DNA of 63,872 nucleotides, counting the filler, from Welwitschia mirabilis (taxonomy: Eukaryota), in NCBI GenBank assembly GCA_051453625.1. It is 7 parts of one record of this genome, joined end to end, with 100 filler letters (N's around TTAATTAATTAA, not from the genome) between each part and the next. Parts side by side here need not be neighbours in the genome. Positions count along the whole stretch, not along the records: positions 30,418 to 46,495 come from JBOZIK010000001.1; positions 46,596 to 55,970 come from JBOZIK010000001.1; 5 more parts are not named here. One strand, given 5' to 3'. The position numbers and the translations under genes are program-made. This document shows positions 37,850 through 51,679 of this stretch, piece after piece. Position 1 is the first letter of the stretch. Each line of letters starts with the position of its first letter. Below the pieces are notes generated by a model, which saw only the letters and a list, made by a program, of their open reading frames with translations, was not told the DNA's origin and ran no database searches.

Positions 37850-40800
37850 TTAAAAATAATATTTTTAGAATTTCAAATTAGTTTAAGTTCTATTCTGATA
37901 ATACTATTATGCATCTAGTTTTTAAAAAATTACTATAATTTATTTTTTACTTCATAATTAATTAGTTATTAGTTTTTAAGTATGATGTCTTCTTGGAGCT
38001 CAAAAATGTTAAAGTTTAAAATTATAGAAAAATAGGAAAATTGAGCATATAAAATATGTTTCTATTAGTCAATTTAAGTTATATTACCTATTAGTGATAT
38101 TTATTTGTAGAAATACCTCTTTANNNNNNNNNNNNNNNNNNNNNNNNNNNNNNNNNNNNNNNNNNNNNNNNNNNNNNNNNNNNNNNNNNNNNNNNNNNNN
38201 NNNNNNNNNNNNNNNNNNNNNNNNNNNNNNNNNNNNNNNNNNNNNNNNNNNNNNNNNNNNNNNNNNNNNNNNNNNNNNNNNNNNNNNNNNNNNNNNNNNN
38301 NNNNNNNNNNNNNNNNNNNNNNNNNNNNNNNNNNNNNNNNNNNNNNNNNNNNNNNNNNNNNNNNNNNNNNNNNNNNNNNNNNNNNNNNNNNNNNNNNNNN
38401 NNNNNNNNNNNNNNNNNNNNNNNNNNNNNNNNNNNNNNNNNNNNNNNNNNNNNNNNNNNNNNNNNNNNNNNNNNNNNNNNNNNNNNNNNNNNNNNNNNNN
38501 NNNNNNNNNNNNNNNNNNNNNNNNNNNNNNNNNNNNNNNNNNNNNNNNNNNNNNNNNNNNNNNNNNNNNNNNNNNNNNNNNNNNNNNNNNNNNNNNNNNN
38601 NNNNNNNNNNNNNNNNNNNNNNNNNNNNNNNNNNNNNNNNNNNNNNNNNNNNNNNNNNNNNNNNNNNNNNNNNNNNNNNNNNNNNNNNNNNNNNNNNNNN
38701 NNNNNNNNNNNNNNNNNNNNNNNNNNNNNNNNNNNNNNNNNNNNNNNNNNNNNNCCTTCATTGCACCAATCCATGGATATTGTCATATGAGCATGGAAGA
38801 ATGTTTCTAAGATTGACATAGCTCTAGGTATATTTTAGTTTCTTTAAGAACATTATTAAGATGTTATTTAATACATTTTTAATATTTTAATTATTATTAA
38901 AAAATAATATTTTTTATTTAGATAGAAAAGAAAATAATATTTCCTTTATCTAGATTTTTATTATTATAATCTTGAAAAAAGAAATGTTCTTATATACTTA
39001 CTTTTTTATTATGATTGTTTCTATAAAAATGAAAAAATTGATGATTAGAATTATTATAACTAGGTAAATAATTTATTAAATATTCGTATTAGTTAGAATT
39101 ATTTACATGTATTTGTGTGGTATATTCATCAAACAGGACTAAATCAAGATAATTCTAAGAATATTCATCCTTACACTTGGATTTCATCACTAAGGTGGGT
39201 TACATTGCATTCTTTTTATAGTATCCTTCTAGAAGTGGATTCATCACTCTCATGCCTTACCTATGTATGAACTTACTTCGACTTAATATCTTGAGCCCTT
39301 AGCATTAATAAATCATGTTACATAATCCAAAGATGCTTCAAGAAAGCGAGAATCATTTGTAAGCATGCATCCACTTAATGTACTGCACATTACTTCTATT
39401 AGAGGTATATCGAGATGAAGTAAAAGCCTATGAAGTTAAGCCTAATAATATTTGTATAGTTTAGATTCTTAAGTAGAATAAACTCACTTCCAAAAGATGG
39501 TCATATATCAAGTTGGATTAACATTAATTGGAGTTACAACTATAGGATCAAAGACCCTAGAGGAGTGGTGAATAGGATTCTAAAAATTTATTAAATCATT
39601 TTTAAAATAAAAATACTTTACTTGAAAATGAATCACTAAAAACTTCTGCATAAAAACTTAAATTATTTTAAAAAATGAAATTAGCAAAAAGCATAGAAAT
39701 ACCAATCAGAAGAACACAAGATTTATAGTGATTCGGGAAAACCCCATACTCCACTCTTTGTGATAAACTTGTTATCAAACCTGATCCAGATCTTTGTTAA
39801 TCTCTTCTAGGTATTGTAGGTTCCTCTATAACCTTTATAAATAGACTTTTTCTAAAGGCTTAATCTCAACCTTATGCAAGAAAGCATAGTAATGATGATA
39901 GTATGCCCAGATGTATAAGTATCACTTAATCTTTGGCTCAATAAAATTATCGAAGCATTTCTTCTGAAGATTAAAAACAAAAAAGTGTTATAGATCTAAC
40001 CTCATATGTAAAGATACCATAATTATTGGTTCATCTTTGGTTAAAAGTATAATGCCAAATGAGTATAATGATAAATTCACCAGATTTAAAAGTTTGGTAG
40101 AAAGTGTAATAGTGATTTGACTCTTAGCTATATGTATTAAAAAACTTTTAGGGTTTTTACAAGGGAAAAATATCTTCTCATGGCCATAAAATGGCTACAT
40201 AATAGCTATAAAATTTCTATTTTCATCATGGCTAGTTGACCCCTCAAACGTCTAGTTGACCCCTCCTGGTACCATTACTTAAATAGATTGCTCTTGTATT
40301 TGTTTTAATTGACCTAGTTTCTTATGGCTCCATGTCCAGTCGTCCCCTCAAGATCTAGTTGACTGCTCATCCAATCACCCGCATATCTATCCAGTTGCTT
40401 GCTTAGTCTTAATAAATCCATCATAGTTTTTCTACTCCAGATCTAGTTGATCTATTAGGAATCTAGTTGACCGTTTACTAATTAACTATGAAGTATTGAT
40501 TCTTAATTCTNNNNNNNNNNNNNNNNNNNNNNNNNNNNNNNNNNNNNNNNNNNNNNNNNNNNNNNNNNNNNNNNNNNNNNNNNNNNNNNNNNNNNNNNNN
40601 NNNNNNNNNNNNNNNNNNNNNNNNNNNNNNNNNNNNNNNNNNNNNNNNNNNNNNNNNNNNNNNNNNNNNNNNNNNNNNNNNNNNNNNNNNNNNNNNNNNN
40701 NNNNNNNNNNNNNNNNNNNNNNNNNNNNNNNNNNNNNNNNNNNNNNNNNNNNNNNNNNNNNNNNNNNNNNNNNNNNNNNNNNNNNNNNNNNNNNNNNNNN

Positions 40801-43800
40801 NNNNNNNNNNNNNNNNNNNNNNNNNNNNNNNNNNNNNNNNNNNNNNNNNNNNNNNNNNNNNNNNNNNNNNNNNNNNNNNNNNNNNNNNNNNNNNNNNNNN
40901 NNNNNNNNNNNNNNNNNNNNNNNNNNNNNNNNNNNNNNNNNNNNNNNNNNNNNNNNNNNNNNNNNNNNNNNNNNNNNNNNNNNNNNNNNNNNNNNNNNNN
41001 NNNNNNNNNNNNNNNNNNNNNNNNNNNNNNNNNNNNNNNNNNNNNNNNNNNNNNNNNNNNNNNNNNNNNNNNNNNNNNNNNNNNNNNNNNNNNNNNNNNN
41101 NNNNNNNNNNNNNNNNNNNNNNNNNNNNNNNNNNNNNNNNNNNNNNNNNNNNNNNNNNNNNNNNNNNNNNNNNNNNNNNNNNNNNNNNNNNNNNNNNNNN
41201 NNNNNNNNNNNNNNNNNNNNNNNNNNNNNNNNNNNNNNNNNNNNNNNNNNNNNNNNNNNNNNNNNNNNNNNNNNNNNNNNNNNNNNNNNNNNNNNNNNNN
41301 NNNNNNNNNATCATAAACAACTAATTCTCCTCCTTTTGATATCAATGACAAAGGAGAGAATAAACACAAGCATGAAAGAAAATCATAAGCATAAAAAGAG
41401 ATCTAGTTAAACTCCTTTTCTTCCTCCTCTTCTGATTCTTCTTCAGAATCTTCTTCTTACTCTTCCTCTTCTTTGGCTACTTTCCACAATGAGCTTCTGA
41501 CTTTCTCTAAAGTATTAACAATCTCATACCTAGCTGCAATTAGAGCTTCTTTCATGTGTCTAGTATGAGAGTCAATCCACCTGAGGTATGAAATAGTCTC
41601 TTCTAGAGAGGATTTCATGAGAGAAGGGGACTTAGAGGACTTCTTGGAACTAGTAAAGATATGCATGTAAGTCAACATTACATACCCAATGGATGACATG
41701 GGTTAAAGGGTTTCAAGCTTTAGATGAAAAGTAACTTGATAATAACAGTACATATTTGCAATCAACACAAAGTAGGATAAAGCCCTAGTTCTATAATACT
41801 CTAATTAAGAAATCATACTCTTTAATATAATGGTAGGGAAATCAATGGAATGCCTAGTCCCTACTAAGTACATCAAATAGGCCCTATAGTTGGAGTCCTT
41901 ATCACGATAACCCGCCAAAGGCACGAAATTACAGGTAAAAACTAAGTGAAGAAACCTATACTTTGAAATAAGTAAAGAAGTAAAAATAGTATACTTCTAG
42001 CTAGGGAACTTATACAATCTTCCTTGTGACTTTTGATTTATCTTTCATGGAGTCACAAAGAGGTTAAAACTTCTCATAATCTTCTCTTGGAAGATCATTA
42101 ATAGTCATAACAAAGGTTGAATTCACTTTTATCCTTTTCCTCGAAATAAGCATTTTAATGGTTCTAGTGTTAACATTACAAGAAGCATTAATATAAAACA
42201 TCCTAGTAAGAAAATGATAAGCAAAACCTAAAACATCAAGAAAATAAGATATATCTAGATCTTATAAGAGTTAGATCATATCTCTGAGCTCCCTAAGCTC
42301 TGAAGTAGCAACAGATATTTTCTAACACACAGGCTTCTTCTCAAACTTCTTAACAAACTTGTCCAAAGAATCTTTAGACATTACATAATAGAAATAAGAC
42401 AGTTCTTTAGTAAAAACCTTATTTATCCTTCTCTTGAAGTGTTACTCAGCCATTGCAACCACTTGATAGAAGCTTGAAGACAAGAGAAATCTAAGAAAAA
42501 CACTAGATCTGAAGGAGACAGGTGGTTAGAAAATAATGAAAATGGTTTGGACTCCACTTTCTTTTAAAAAAATGGTTGATTAAGTTAATTTTGATAAAAA
42601 AATCAGATCCATCAATGATACTTTCACAATGTAAACCTACAAGTCTAGTCAACTGGTTTGAGTTCCAATAAACCTGTCAAGATGTGGATCTATAGTACTA
42701 TTAGCCTTTAGGCCAGTCGATCAACCACCTTCAGTTAACTGAATCATAGATCAAGTCGATCATCCTACAATTAATCATAGGATGATGAGACAATCCCTAA
42801 TTTGTTCTAAAGATGAAGAAAATTATTAAAGTTTAGAAGTTTCATAAAAATATCTATCAGTTAGCAATCTGTACTAACAAAATTCATAGTAATATTTATG
42901 TCTTAGTTTAATGTTTTTAGCTCTAAAGTGCTGAATAGGACTTTTAAAAATATTTATAGTACTATTTTTATCACAAAAAATAGGAACTTATTCAAAATTT
43001 ATATCAAAGTTCTTTAGCATTTTCTTTTTCCAAAGGAGATGAGCACAACAACTCCCTGCTACAATATACTCAGCTTCTGCCGAGGAAGTTTAAATTTTTC
43101 TTTTTCCTTATCCATCCTACTAAGCATGATCCTAATAAAAAATAATTACCACTTATGCTCTTTTTATTATCCTAATAACTAGCCTAATCTACATTACTAA
43201 AACCTGCAAGCTCAATGGATGTTTTTGTAGGAAGTTACAAACCATAATCATATGTGACTTTTACATATCTAATTATTCTTTTTACTTCTTGTAAGTGTGA
43301 TTTTTCCAATTGGATTTTATATCTTACACATACACCAACACTAAATATGATATCAAGTTTACTTGCAGTCAAATATAATAAAATTCCAATCATACTCCTA
43401 TAAAGTTTCTAATCTACTAATTTTCCATTTTCATCTAGATTAACTTTACAAGATGTTAAAAATTCTCCAATCCAAAGAGTTTGATTAAATCTTTTACATA
43501 TTTAGACTNNNNNNNNNNNNNNNNNNNNNNNNNNNNNNNNNNNNNNNNNNNNNNNNNNNNNNNNNNNNNNNNNNNNNNNNNNNNNNNNNNNNNNNNNNNN
43601 NNNNNNNNATTAAAAATGACCTTATGACCTTTATCACAAATTTGGCTAATACTAAGTAAATTATTCTTTAAACCATTTACATATAAAACTTCATTTATTC
43701 TAAGTAAGTTACCTCAACTAATGCTTCTGATACCTTCAATTTTTGCTCTTCCATTGTCACCAAAAGTAACTTATTCTCCATCAAATTCACTCAATTGTAT

Positions 43801-46495
43801 AAATCTCAATTTGTCTCCCATCTTATGTCATGAGCACCCATTGTCCAAATACCAACTACTACCATTTGAAATCTTAAAAGCTATCTAAATTAAAAGACTT
43901 TTTAAATCATTAGCTTTTACCCACTTAGTCCTTTTAAACTAATGTAGTACACCTCCTTTTGGAATAAATTTAAATAGAAAGGAACTAACTAAATTTAAAA
44001 ATAACATTAATTTTCTAGCATTTTAAAATAGCTTTGAATGACTTGACTTATCACAGAAATAACAAATAACTTTAAAAATAAACTTATTTTGTCAAGTTAC
44101 CTGATTTTGCTAACTTTGTGATTTTGGGGGGATGAAGCCAATACTTGACTTATTATAAGCTGGTTTTCAAATTTCAAGCATTGTTCTAATTTAAATAAAT
44201 CAGTAAAAACTTCATTAACAAAATGAGATAAATCTTCAGAATTTTTAGATTTTATCTTTTTGTACTTTAATTTCATTTTCTCCTTTTCTTTAGTAAGATA
44301 TTTTACAATCTTATTCAGATCATTTATGCACTTTACGAACTTTTCACATTCCAAGTATAGTTCTTGACAAGTATATTCTAGCTCATTCTATTCTTCTTCA
44401 ATCCTATCCAAATTATCAAGTTCTAATGTGCATTCTCATCCATATTATTCCATGTTACAACAAATAAAGATGTCTTCAATTTTCTTTATTCTCTCTTATT
44501 GTTTAGGCACTCATTTATCATGTGTCCATAGCCTTTGCATGCATAGCATTGGATCTCTTTTTATTTTTCTTGATCCTTCCTATATTTGAGTGTCCTTTTC
44601 TTGTACCTCTAATTGGCTCACCTTCCTTCTTTCTTTTGTGTAAGAATTTATTGAATCTTCTTGCTAGGAAAGCAACTTCATCATCTAAGTCTTCATCTAA
44701 TTTCTGTGACCTGTACTCTTCTTGCATACACTTCAAAGAAATACCTTTTTTCTTATCTTTAAAAAATTTTAATTCATATGTTTGCAAAATACCTTGAAGC
44801 TCTTCTAGTGCCATTATGTTGATATTTTTTCTTTCTTTGATTACTGTATCTTTTGATTTAAATCTCTTTAAAAGGGATCTTAGCNNNNNNNNNNNNNNNN
44901 NNNNNNNNNNNNNNNNNNNNNNNNNNNNNNNNNNNNNNNNNNNNNNNNNNNNNNNNNNNNNNNNNNNNNNNNNNNNNNNNNNNNNNNNNNNNNNNNNNNN
45001 NNNNNNNNNNNNNNNNNNNNNNNNNNNNNNNNNNNNNNNNNNNNNNNNNNNNNNNNNNNNNNNNNNNNNNNNNNNNNNNNNNNNNNNNNNNNNNNNNNNN
45101 NNNNNNNNNNNNNNNNNNNNNNNNNNNNNNNNNNNNNNNNNNNNNNNNNNNNNNNNNNNNNNNNNNNNNNNNNNNNNNNNNNNNNNNNNNNNNNNNNNNN
45201 NNNNNNNNNNNNNNNNNNNNNNNNNNNNNNNNNNNNNNNNNNNNNNNNNNNNNNNNNNNNNNNNTGTAAATAACCTCTTCAATGTTGGCATCTAGGAATC
45301 AAAAAAAGATTTTCATTCTGAATTTTCAATAAGCATAATTTAATCCATTGAACATAAGTGGATGACTAGTGTAAAAACCATCAGTAGGATTACTCATTTT
45401 GGGTTCTAGAGTCTAGACCTATTAAAACATTAATATGAATTTGATGTAGCTCTAATATCAAATGTAGGATCGAGAACCCTAGATGAGGGAATGAATAGGA
45501 TTCTAAAAACTTATTGAATAATTTTCAAAATAAAAATACTTTTCTTGAAAATGATCCACTAAAAACTTATGCATGAAATATGAAAGTATTTTTGAAAATG
45601 ATATCAGTAGAAAGCACAAAAATACCAATTAGAAGCACACAAGATTTATAGTGGTTTGGGAACATCCCCTACTCCACTATCATTAATCATCTTCTTACCA
45701 AGCCTTATCTAGATCTTTGTTAATCTCTTCTAGATATTGTAGGTTCATCTGTAACTTTTACAAAGGGACTTTTTCTAAAGGATCTGTCTTAACCTTTTAT
45801 GAAAATGTGTAGTAGTGATGATAGTCTTCCTAGATGAATAGGTACCACTTGATCTTTAGCTCAAGGTGCATAGGTACCACTTGATCTTTAGATGAATAGG
45901 TATCAATTGGTTTATTTCTAAGTGTTCACTTCAAGTGCAGTCGACCCCTTAGAAGTTTGGTTAACTCCTCAAGAGGGTAACAAGCTTAATAGGTTTTGGG
46001 ATCAAAATATAATAAACATTACTTTAGCTTTTAACTTACAAGTGATTAATATTTTTTGCAAATAATACAATAAATTTTACTACATAAAAAATATCAGTTT
46101 GATATCAATTAGTAAATCATAATTCAACAGCAACCTTCTATTATATTGGTTAGGTATAATTCTTAAAACTTATCCATGTATGTCAATAATAAGTTTACAT
46201 CCCTTTAACTATTCATGAGATATCTTTCATGTGATGAAAAACTAGGAAAAATATGGAGGACACAAACTTATAACATCATTGCTATTTGTAAATCAAAATA
46301 ATCTAGAAATTAATTATAGGTAAATATATAATATGAATATGATTTGTCTTTCTGAGAATATAAAAATTCTAATAAAGGAGTAAGTAGAATTTGGTTCTAA
46401 GTTCCATTGTGTCTATCAGGTAAAAATATTAAAGAAAAAGGGAAGTTAAAAAAAATAGTGCTTAATCAGAATAAGAGAAAAAAGGGTGTCATAAT
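37850..46495 (+). repeat. Segmental duplication, copy 2
   Basis: See copy 1; this copy lacks the family A insertion at its left edge. Confidence 0.9.
39541..46129 (-). mobile_element. Family B Sirevirus copy 2 (the same insertion, duplicated; gapped)
   Basis: Same flanks as copy 1 (ACAAC 39536-39540, GCAAC 46130-46134); env-like ORF 41403-42453; RH/RT 42790-43508; PR-gag 43609-45397; shortened 5' LTR 45463-46129. Confidence 0.9.
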
Positions 46496-46595
46496 NNNNN
46501 NNNNNNNNNNNNNNNNNNNNNNNNNNNNNNNNNNNNNNNTTAATTAATTAANNNNNNNNNNNNNNNNNNNNNNNNNNNNNNNNNNNNNNNNNNNN

Positions 46596-49440
46596 CAACT
46601 TCTGAATTTCTGCAGGTAACAAGGTGTTGAACCAGTTTCTTCATTCATCATTGAAACTTATTATCTCTACAGAAACATATCTTTGGGTTGAGAATAAAGA
46701 TTCCAAATGAATCTCCTCCCAAAGGTATGGTAAAGGCAAGTAAGGTTCTTCAAAAAAGAGAAGAGAGTTATCTCTTCCTCACAAAAAGGGGGTTGCCTTA
46801 AGGAAGGTCCTCTTTTCACACTCTCTAATGTGCCTGCAAATTGTGAGTATCAAAGACTGAGAAGAAAAGAACACTCTTTTATAATAAGAAAACTCTTAAC
46901 TGCAAAACATCATTCTCTTCAAAAGGCAAAAGGAGAGGGCATATGTAAGTCTTCCCAGGCCACAGAGGGAAGGAGACAACTAAAAGACTTAGACATAGAA
47001 AAGGGAAAGAGCTATTGTAAAGCTAGAAGAAATTTGTAGATGAATCCTCCAAAAGAAAGGGGATTCTTCTATCCTCTTTTGTGTTTTCTTTCTGAAGGAG
47101 ATACAATGTCAACTAACTCAGGTTGTGAAGAGGGATACTTGTTTGAGACTAAGACTATTAGTTGAGGGTGAGAAGGGAAGCCTCTAGATTAACATTACAC
47201 AGCCAGAGGATAACTGGGAAGAGAAGAGAATAGATAACATAGAGAGGGCTACCCATACACAAGGACCAAGAAGCGGGAGAGAAAGGGCAAGAATACCTCT
47301 CTAGGTTAAGAGTGGAGAAAAGAGAGTGGCATAGAGGAAAGCATGATGATAGACTCGGATAATGTCCCAATGTCATCTTTGAATGAGATGTGGTCCCATG
47401 GTCTTGCAGCTTCCTGATGACTGGTGGTAGAAAGATGGAAGACTTGCTTGGTTCCTTGGGTCCTGATGGTACCAGAGAGGATCACTCCACCAAATAGTAG
47501 CCATCTCCCTGGTCATCGGGTTGGTGCGCACCTCGTCATATAATGTCAGAGGCTAGCTTACTTGATTATGTCACATTCTAAGGATTTGATGCAACCTTAG
47601 AGCTCTTTTGAATCCAATCCAGCTAAACCTGAAGAACATGCCCACTAAGGAGGAAGCTAGATGAAGGGCTGAGGAATTCTAAAATACACTAGTGAATTAA
47701 TTTTAACAAGAGGAAAGTACCAGCTGCAACCCTCTTCAAAGGAGAGATACCAAGATGGATTCCAAGAAAAGGGGAAAGAGCTAGGCTAAGAGGGATGGTA
47801 AGGAGGGAAGAGGGTGTTCCACATAGTAGCCGTGAAAGGGACAAGATTCCAATCCTAGGGCATGAAAGAGAGTTGAATTCCATACTCAGGGCATGGAATA
47901 GGTTAGAATGGTGAAGGAAGAGTGAGGCAAACATAGGCAGAGGATGGAAGAAGTAAGAGGCAGTGAGAGAAATGAGGAATAGAAAAGAAGCAAGGGTGAA
48001 ATGGGTTAGGCGNNNNNNNNNNNNNNNNNNNNNNNNNNNNNNNNNNNNNNNNNNNNNNNNNNNNNNNNNNNNNNNNNNNNNNNNNNNNNNNNNNNNNNNN
48101 NNNNNNNNNNNNNNNNNNNNNNNNNNNNNNNNNNNNNNNNNNNNNNNNNNNNNNNNNNNNNNNNNNNNNNNNNNNNNNNNNNNNNNNNNNNNNNNNNNNN
48201 NNNNNNNNNNNNNNNNNNNNNNNNNNNNNNNNNNNNNNNNNNNNNNNNNNNNNNNNNNNNNNNNNNNNNNNNNNNNNNNNNNNNNNNNNNNNNNNNNNNN
48301 NNNNNNNNNNNNNNNNNNNNNNNNNNNNNNNNNNNNNNNNNNNNNNNNNNNNNNNNNNNNNNNNNNNNNNNNNNNNNNNNNNNNNNNNNNNNNNNNNNNN
48401 NNNNNNNNNNNNNNNNNNNNNNNNNNNNNNNNNNNNNNNNNNNNNNNNNNNNNNNNNNNNNNNNNNNNNNNNNNNNNNNNNNNNNNNNNNNNNNNNNNNN
48501 NNNNNNNNNNNNNNNNNNNNNNNNNNNNNNNNNNNNNNNNNNNNNNNNNNNNNNNNNNNNNNNNNNNNNNNNNNNNNNNNNNNNNNNNNNNNNNNNNNNN
48601 NNNNNNNNNNNNNNNNNNNNNNNNNNNNNNNNNNNNNNNNNNNNNNNNNNNNNNNNNNNNNNNNNNNNNNNNNNNNNNNNNNNNNNNNNNNNNNNNNNNN
48701 NNNNNNNNNNNNNNNNNNNNNNNNNNNNNNNNNNNNNNNNNNNNNNNNNNNNNNNNNNNNNNNNNNNNNNNNNNNNNNNNNNNNNNNNNNNNNNNNNNNN
48801 NNNNNNNNNNNNNNNNNNNNNNNNNNNNNNNNNNNNNNNNNNNNNNNNNNNNNNNNNNNNNNNNNNGATTTCATGTCTTGGGCATGGAATTCTAGTGTGG
48901 GGACCCTCTTAGCTGCCCAAGGCATGTAAAAGACTGAGAGAGTGGGAAAAAAGAGGTGAGGGAAAGTGGAAAAAGGGAATGAAAAGAGATGAAGAGGTGA
49001 GAAAAGATCGAAGGAGGGAAACATAGCCTTCAATCAAGTGGAGGGTAAGGGAGGAGGTTAAGGGCTTAAAGGGAAATGAAGTGACACTCATAACGAGGAG
49101 AATCATGTCTAGAAAGTTTCCTACTCAATTAGGGTTAGGCGAGCTAGAGGGCTTGGGACAAAGTTGAAGGCAAGCCTCTGAGCTAGAGGGGAGGATCATG
49201 CATTAACTGGAGGAGAGAAAGGAAGCTCTTTCACACCCTAGGCATGGAAGAGGAGGGAGAAGAGCAAACTTCCATGCTCAAGGTATGGAAGTGATGTGGG
49301 GGTCTGAAGCAGCCTCCTTCAAATAAATCTTCTTCATCTAGAAAGGGATCAGAAGGATGATGGGCCAAAGAAAAGATGAAAGGCATGGAGTAAATTTTTA
49401 AAAATGGGTCCCCTAGCTTTAGGGGTCACATTGGAGTCCA
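46596..49440. other. Unassigned purine-skewed, GC-richer segment, probably a decayed transposable element
   Basis: Strong G/A skew on the plus strand; repeated TTCCATGCCCNGGGCATGGAA-like palindromes; no recognisable domain. Confidence 0.35.
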
Positions 49441-49561
49441 ACACTGTCAATACTTCATTGGCATCCCAATTCAAATTGAGCAAAAAGAACCCTAAATCTA
49501 TAAAGGGTTGCATTCAACCATATTTGAGTTACCATCTTGGTTGTTTTCACTTTTTATCATC

Positions 49562-49975
49562 TTAAATTAGAGGAATTTGGTTTGGGGATTCCACAGGTTC
49601 GTCACGATTGGAACGTTTTGAATTATATATTTCGTCAAACACAACATCAATACTTTCAACAATTTTATTTGTTTTTGGATCAAGACACTTACGTGCCTTA
49701 CTTGTTATAGAATATCCAACCAAAAATATACTCACTTGATTTGACCTCCAACTTGTTTCTATTGGGCTTTGCATCTTTAACATAAGATTTAGATCCAAAC
49801 ATTCTCATTGTGACAAATTGGGCTTCTTTCCATATCCAGCTTCATTAAGGGACATGTGTTGCAAGTGCCTTGAAACGAATCTACTTTGCAAGTAGTTTGC
49901 TGTTGCAACATCCTCACCCCAACACTTGTTTGCTAAAATAGCATCATGTAGCATTGTCCTGGCCATATCCATGAA
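49562..49975 (-). pseudogene. pol: Copia integrase C-terminal fragment
   Basis: MARTMLHDAILANKCWGEDVATANYLQSR...GKKPNLS; IFLVGYSITSKARKCLDPKTNKIVESIDVVFDE. Confidence 0.85.
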
Positions 49976-50794
49976 ACCACTAATAGATACCCCCCATAGA
50001 AAAATAATTAAGAACAACAAAACTTGACTCAAAACTGTGTTCAAATAATTGATGATAATAATAATAAACAAATATCTCAGATTTATCAAGCAAATGTGAT
50101 AAACAAATGTTGCTGCGTGAGGGATCTCATGTTGCCACAAGGACGCCTTTCGATGGCTCTTACTCTAGCCACTCCAGGGATGCATCAATGAGGTCTTATG
50201 CTCAGTTCTGATACTTCCTAATTTATCAAAGATTTTGCCACTGTTCTCTCTCACTTAATTGGCTTGATTTGGGTTGGGAGCTACTGCAATAACTATCATT
50301 CCAATGGTGATGTCATTTCTGACTTAAGATGTGCCTTTCCCCTATTCTTTAAAAGAACTAATTATTTTTAATTTTAAACAGTAATTAATTATTTTTTAAA
50401 TTTTAAACAGCAATTAATTATTTCTCTTCATGATAATATTATTTTAATTGGAACAATAATTAATTATCACATTATATGCTGATGCCACTGTTTTATTGGT
50501 TGATGTCATTAAAAGTTCATCAAGTTTTTGATATAATAAATAACAATTTAAAACAGTAATATATAATTAACTATTTTAAATGTCTTTTATAAGTCTTTTA
50601 TCATAAAACAGTTCTGTGAATTAATGTTACAACAAACAATTGCTTTATGAAGGCATTCGAGTAGGTTCAAGGCCTGAAATCGGATTGGATGCAAGAATGC
50701 CATCAGAGTTCCATGGGCGATCAGACTTGGTGCAGGGCTATTTCATCAGGAAAAACACCTATAGCCATCAAAGAGGTGACTAAAATGCAATATA

Positions 50795-51670
50795 GCCATC
50801 AAACATATGTTGATGCAAATTTTGCAGCTGATGTGGACACTAGGCGTTCCACTCGCAGGTATGTTTCCACTTTTGATGAAGATGTTGTTAGTTGGTCATC
50901 ATGGCTTCAATCCATGATAACGTTGTCCACAACATAATCTAAATACATTCCTTTGACAAAGTCCTGTAAAGAGATGTTGTGGCTAAAACAATTTCTTGAT
51001 TTGTTAGGGTAAAAAAAAACGTAATACACTATTTTGTATAGTCAAAGTGCTTTTCACTTGGCTAAAATCTCTGCTTATTATGCTAGAACTAAGCATATTT
51101 ACCTCAGGTTCCACTATGTTTCTGAAGTGATTGAGAATACCTATAGGGAAGGACAATGCTGCTTACACATCGAGAAAGATTATACCTATAGGGAAGCAAC
51201 AGCTTTCCATTTTGTTCGATTGTATGTTGCTTGAAAAGAAGAAGGTTTGCCTTCAAGTGGGAGATTGTTAGTTATTATGAAGTCAAACCTCATGTTTCCC
51301 CTTTTATGTTAAAAATTATCACATATTGTAAAGTACTACAGTTAAAAATAAAGTTAAAAAGAGCAATGTATGGGGTCAACGTTAATTTAGGGTCTTGTTT
51401 CAAACCCTCAGGCTATAAAAGGAAGGCAAGGGTTACCTGTGAGGATTTGATTGTGGTTGGAGTCATTTGCATTCTCGCTTGTGGGTTGTGGGTTGTGGCT
51501 TAAGCTAGATGAATGACTTGCATACGTTGTGACTGCTAGTTTTGTGGTGGATTCAATAGAGCCCTATGCTGGTTCAACAAAGTAGGGTAAAAAGGGCTCA
51601 AACATTGTTAAATTGTTTGTGTGCTTGTTTATTTCCTCTTCTGCTTTTTTTAGCTTGTTTTTATATCGTT
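50795..51670 (+). mobile_element. Tork/Tnt1-like copia 3' fragment: RNase H, PPT and LTR from 51266
   Basis: YVDANFAADVDTRRST...VSWSSWLQSMITLSTT; SQSAFHLAK...RTKHIYLRFHY; PPT CAAGTGGGAGAT followed by TGTTAG. Confidence 0.8.
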
Positions 51671-51679
51671 TGATTATAT

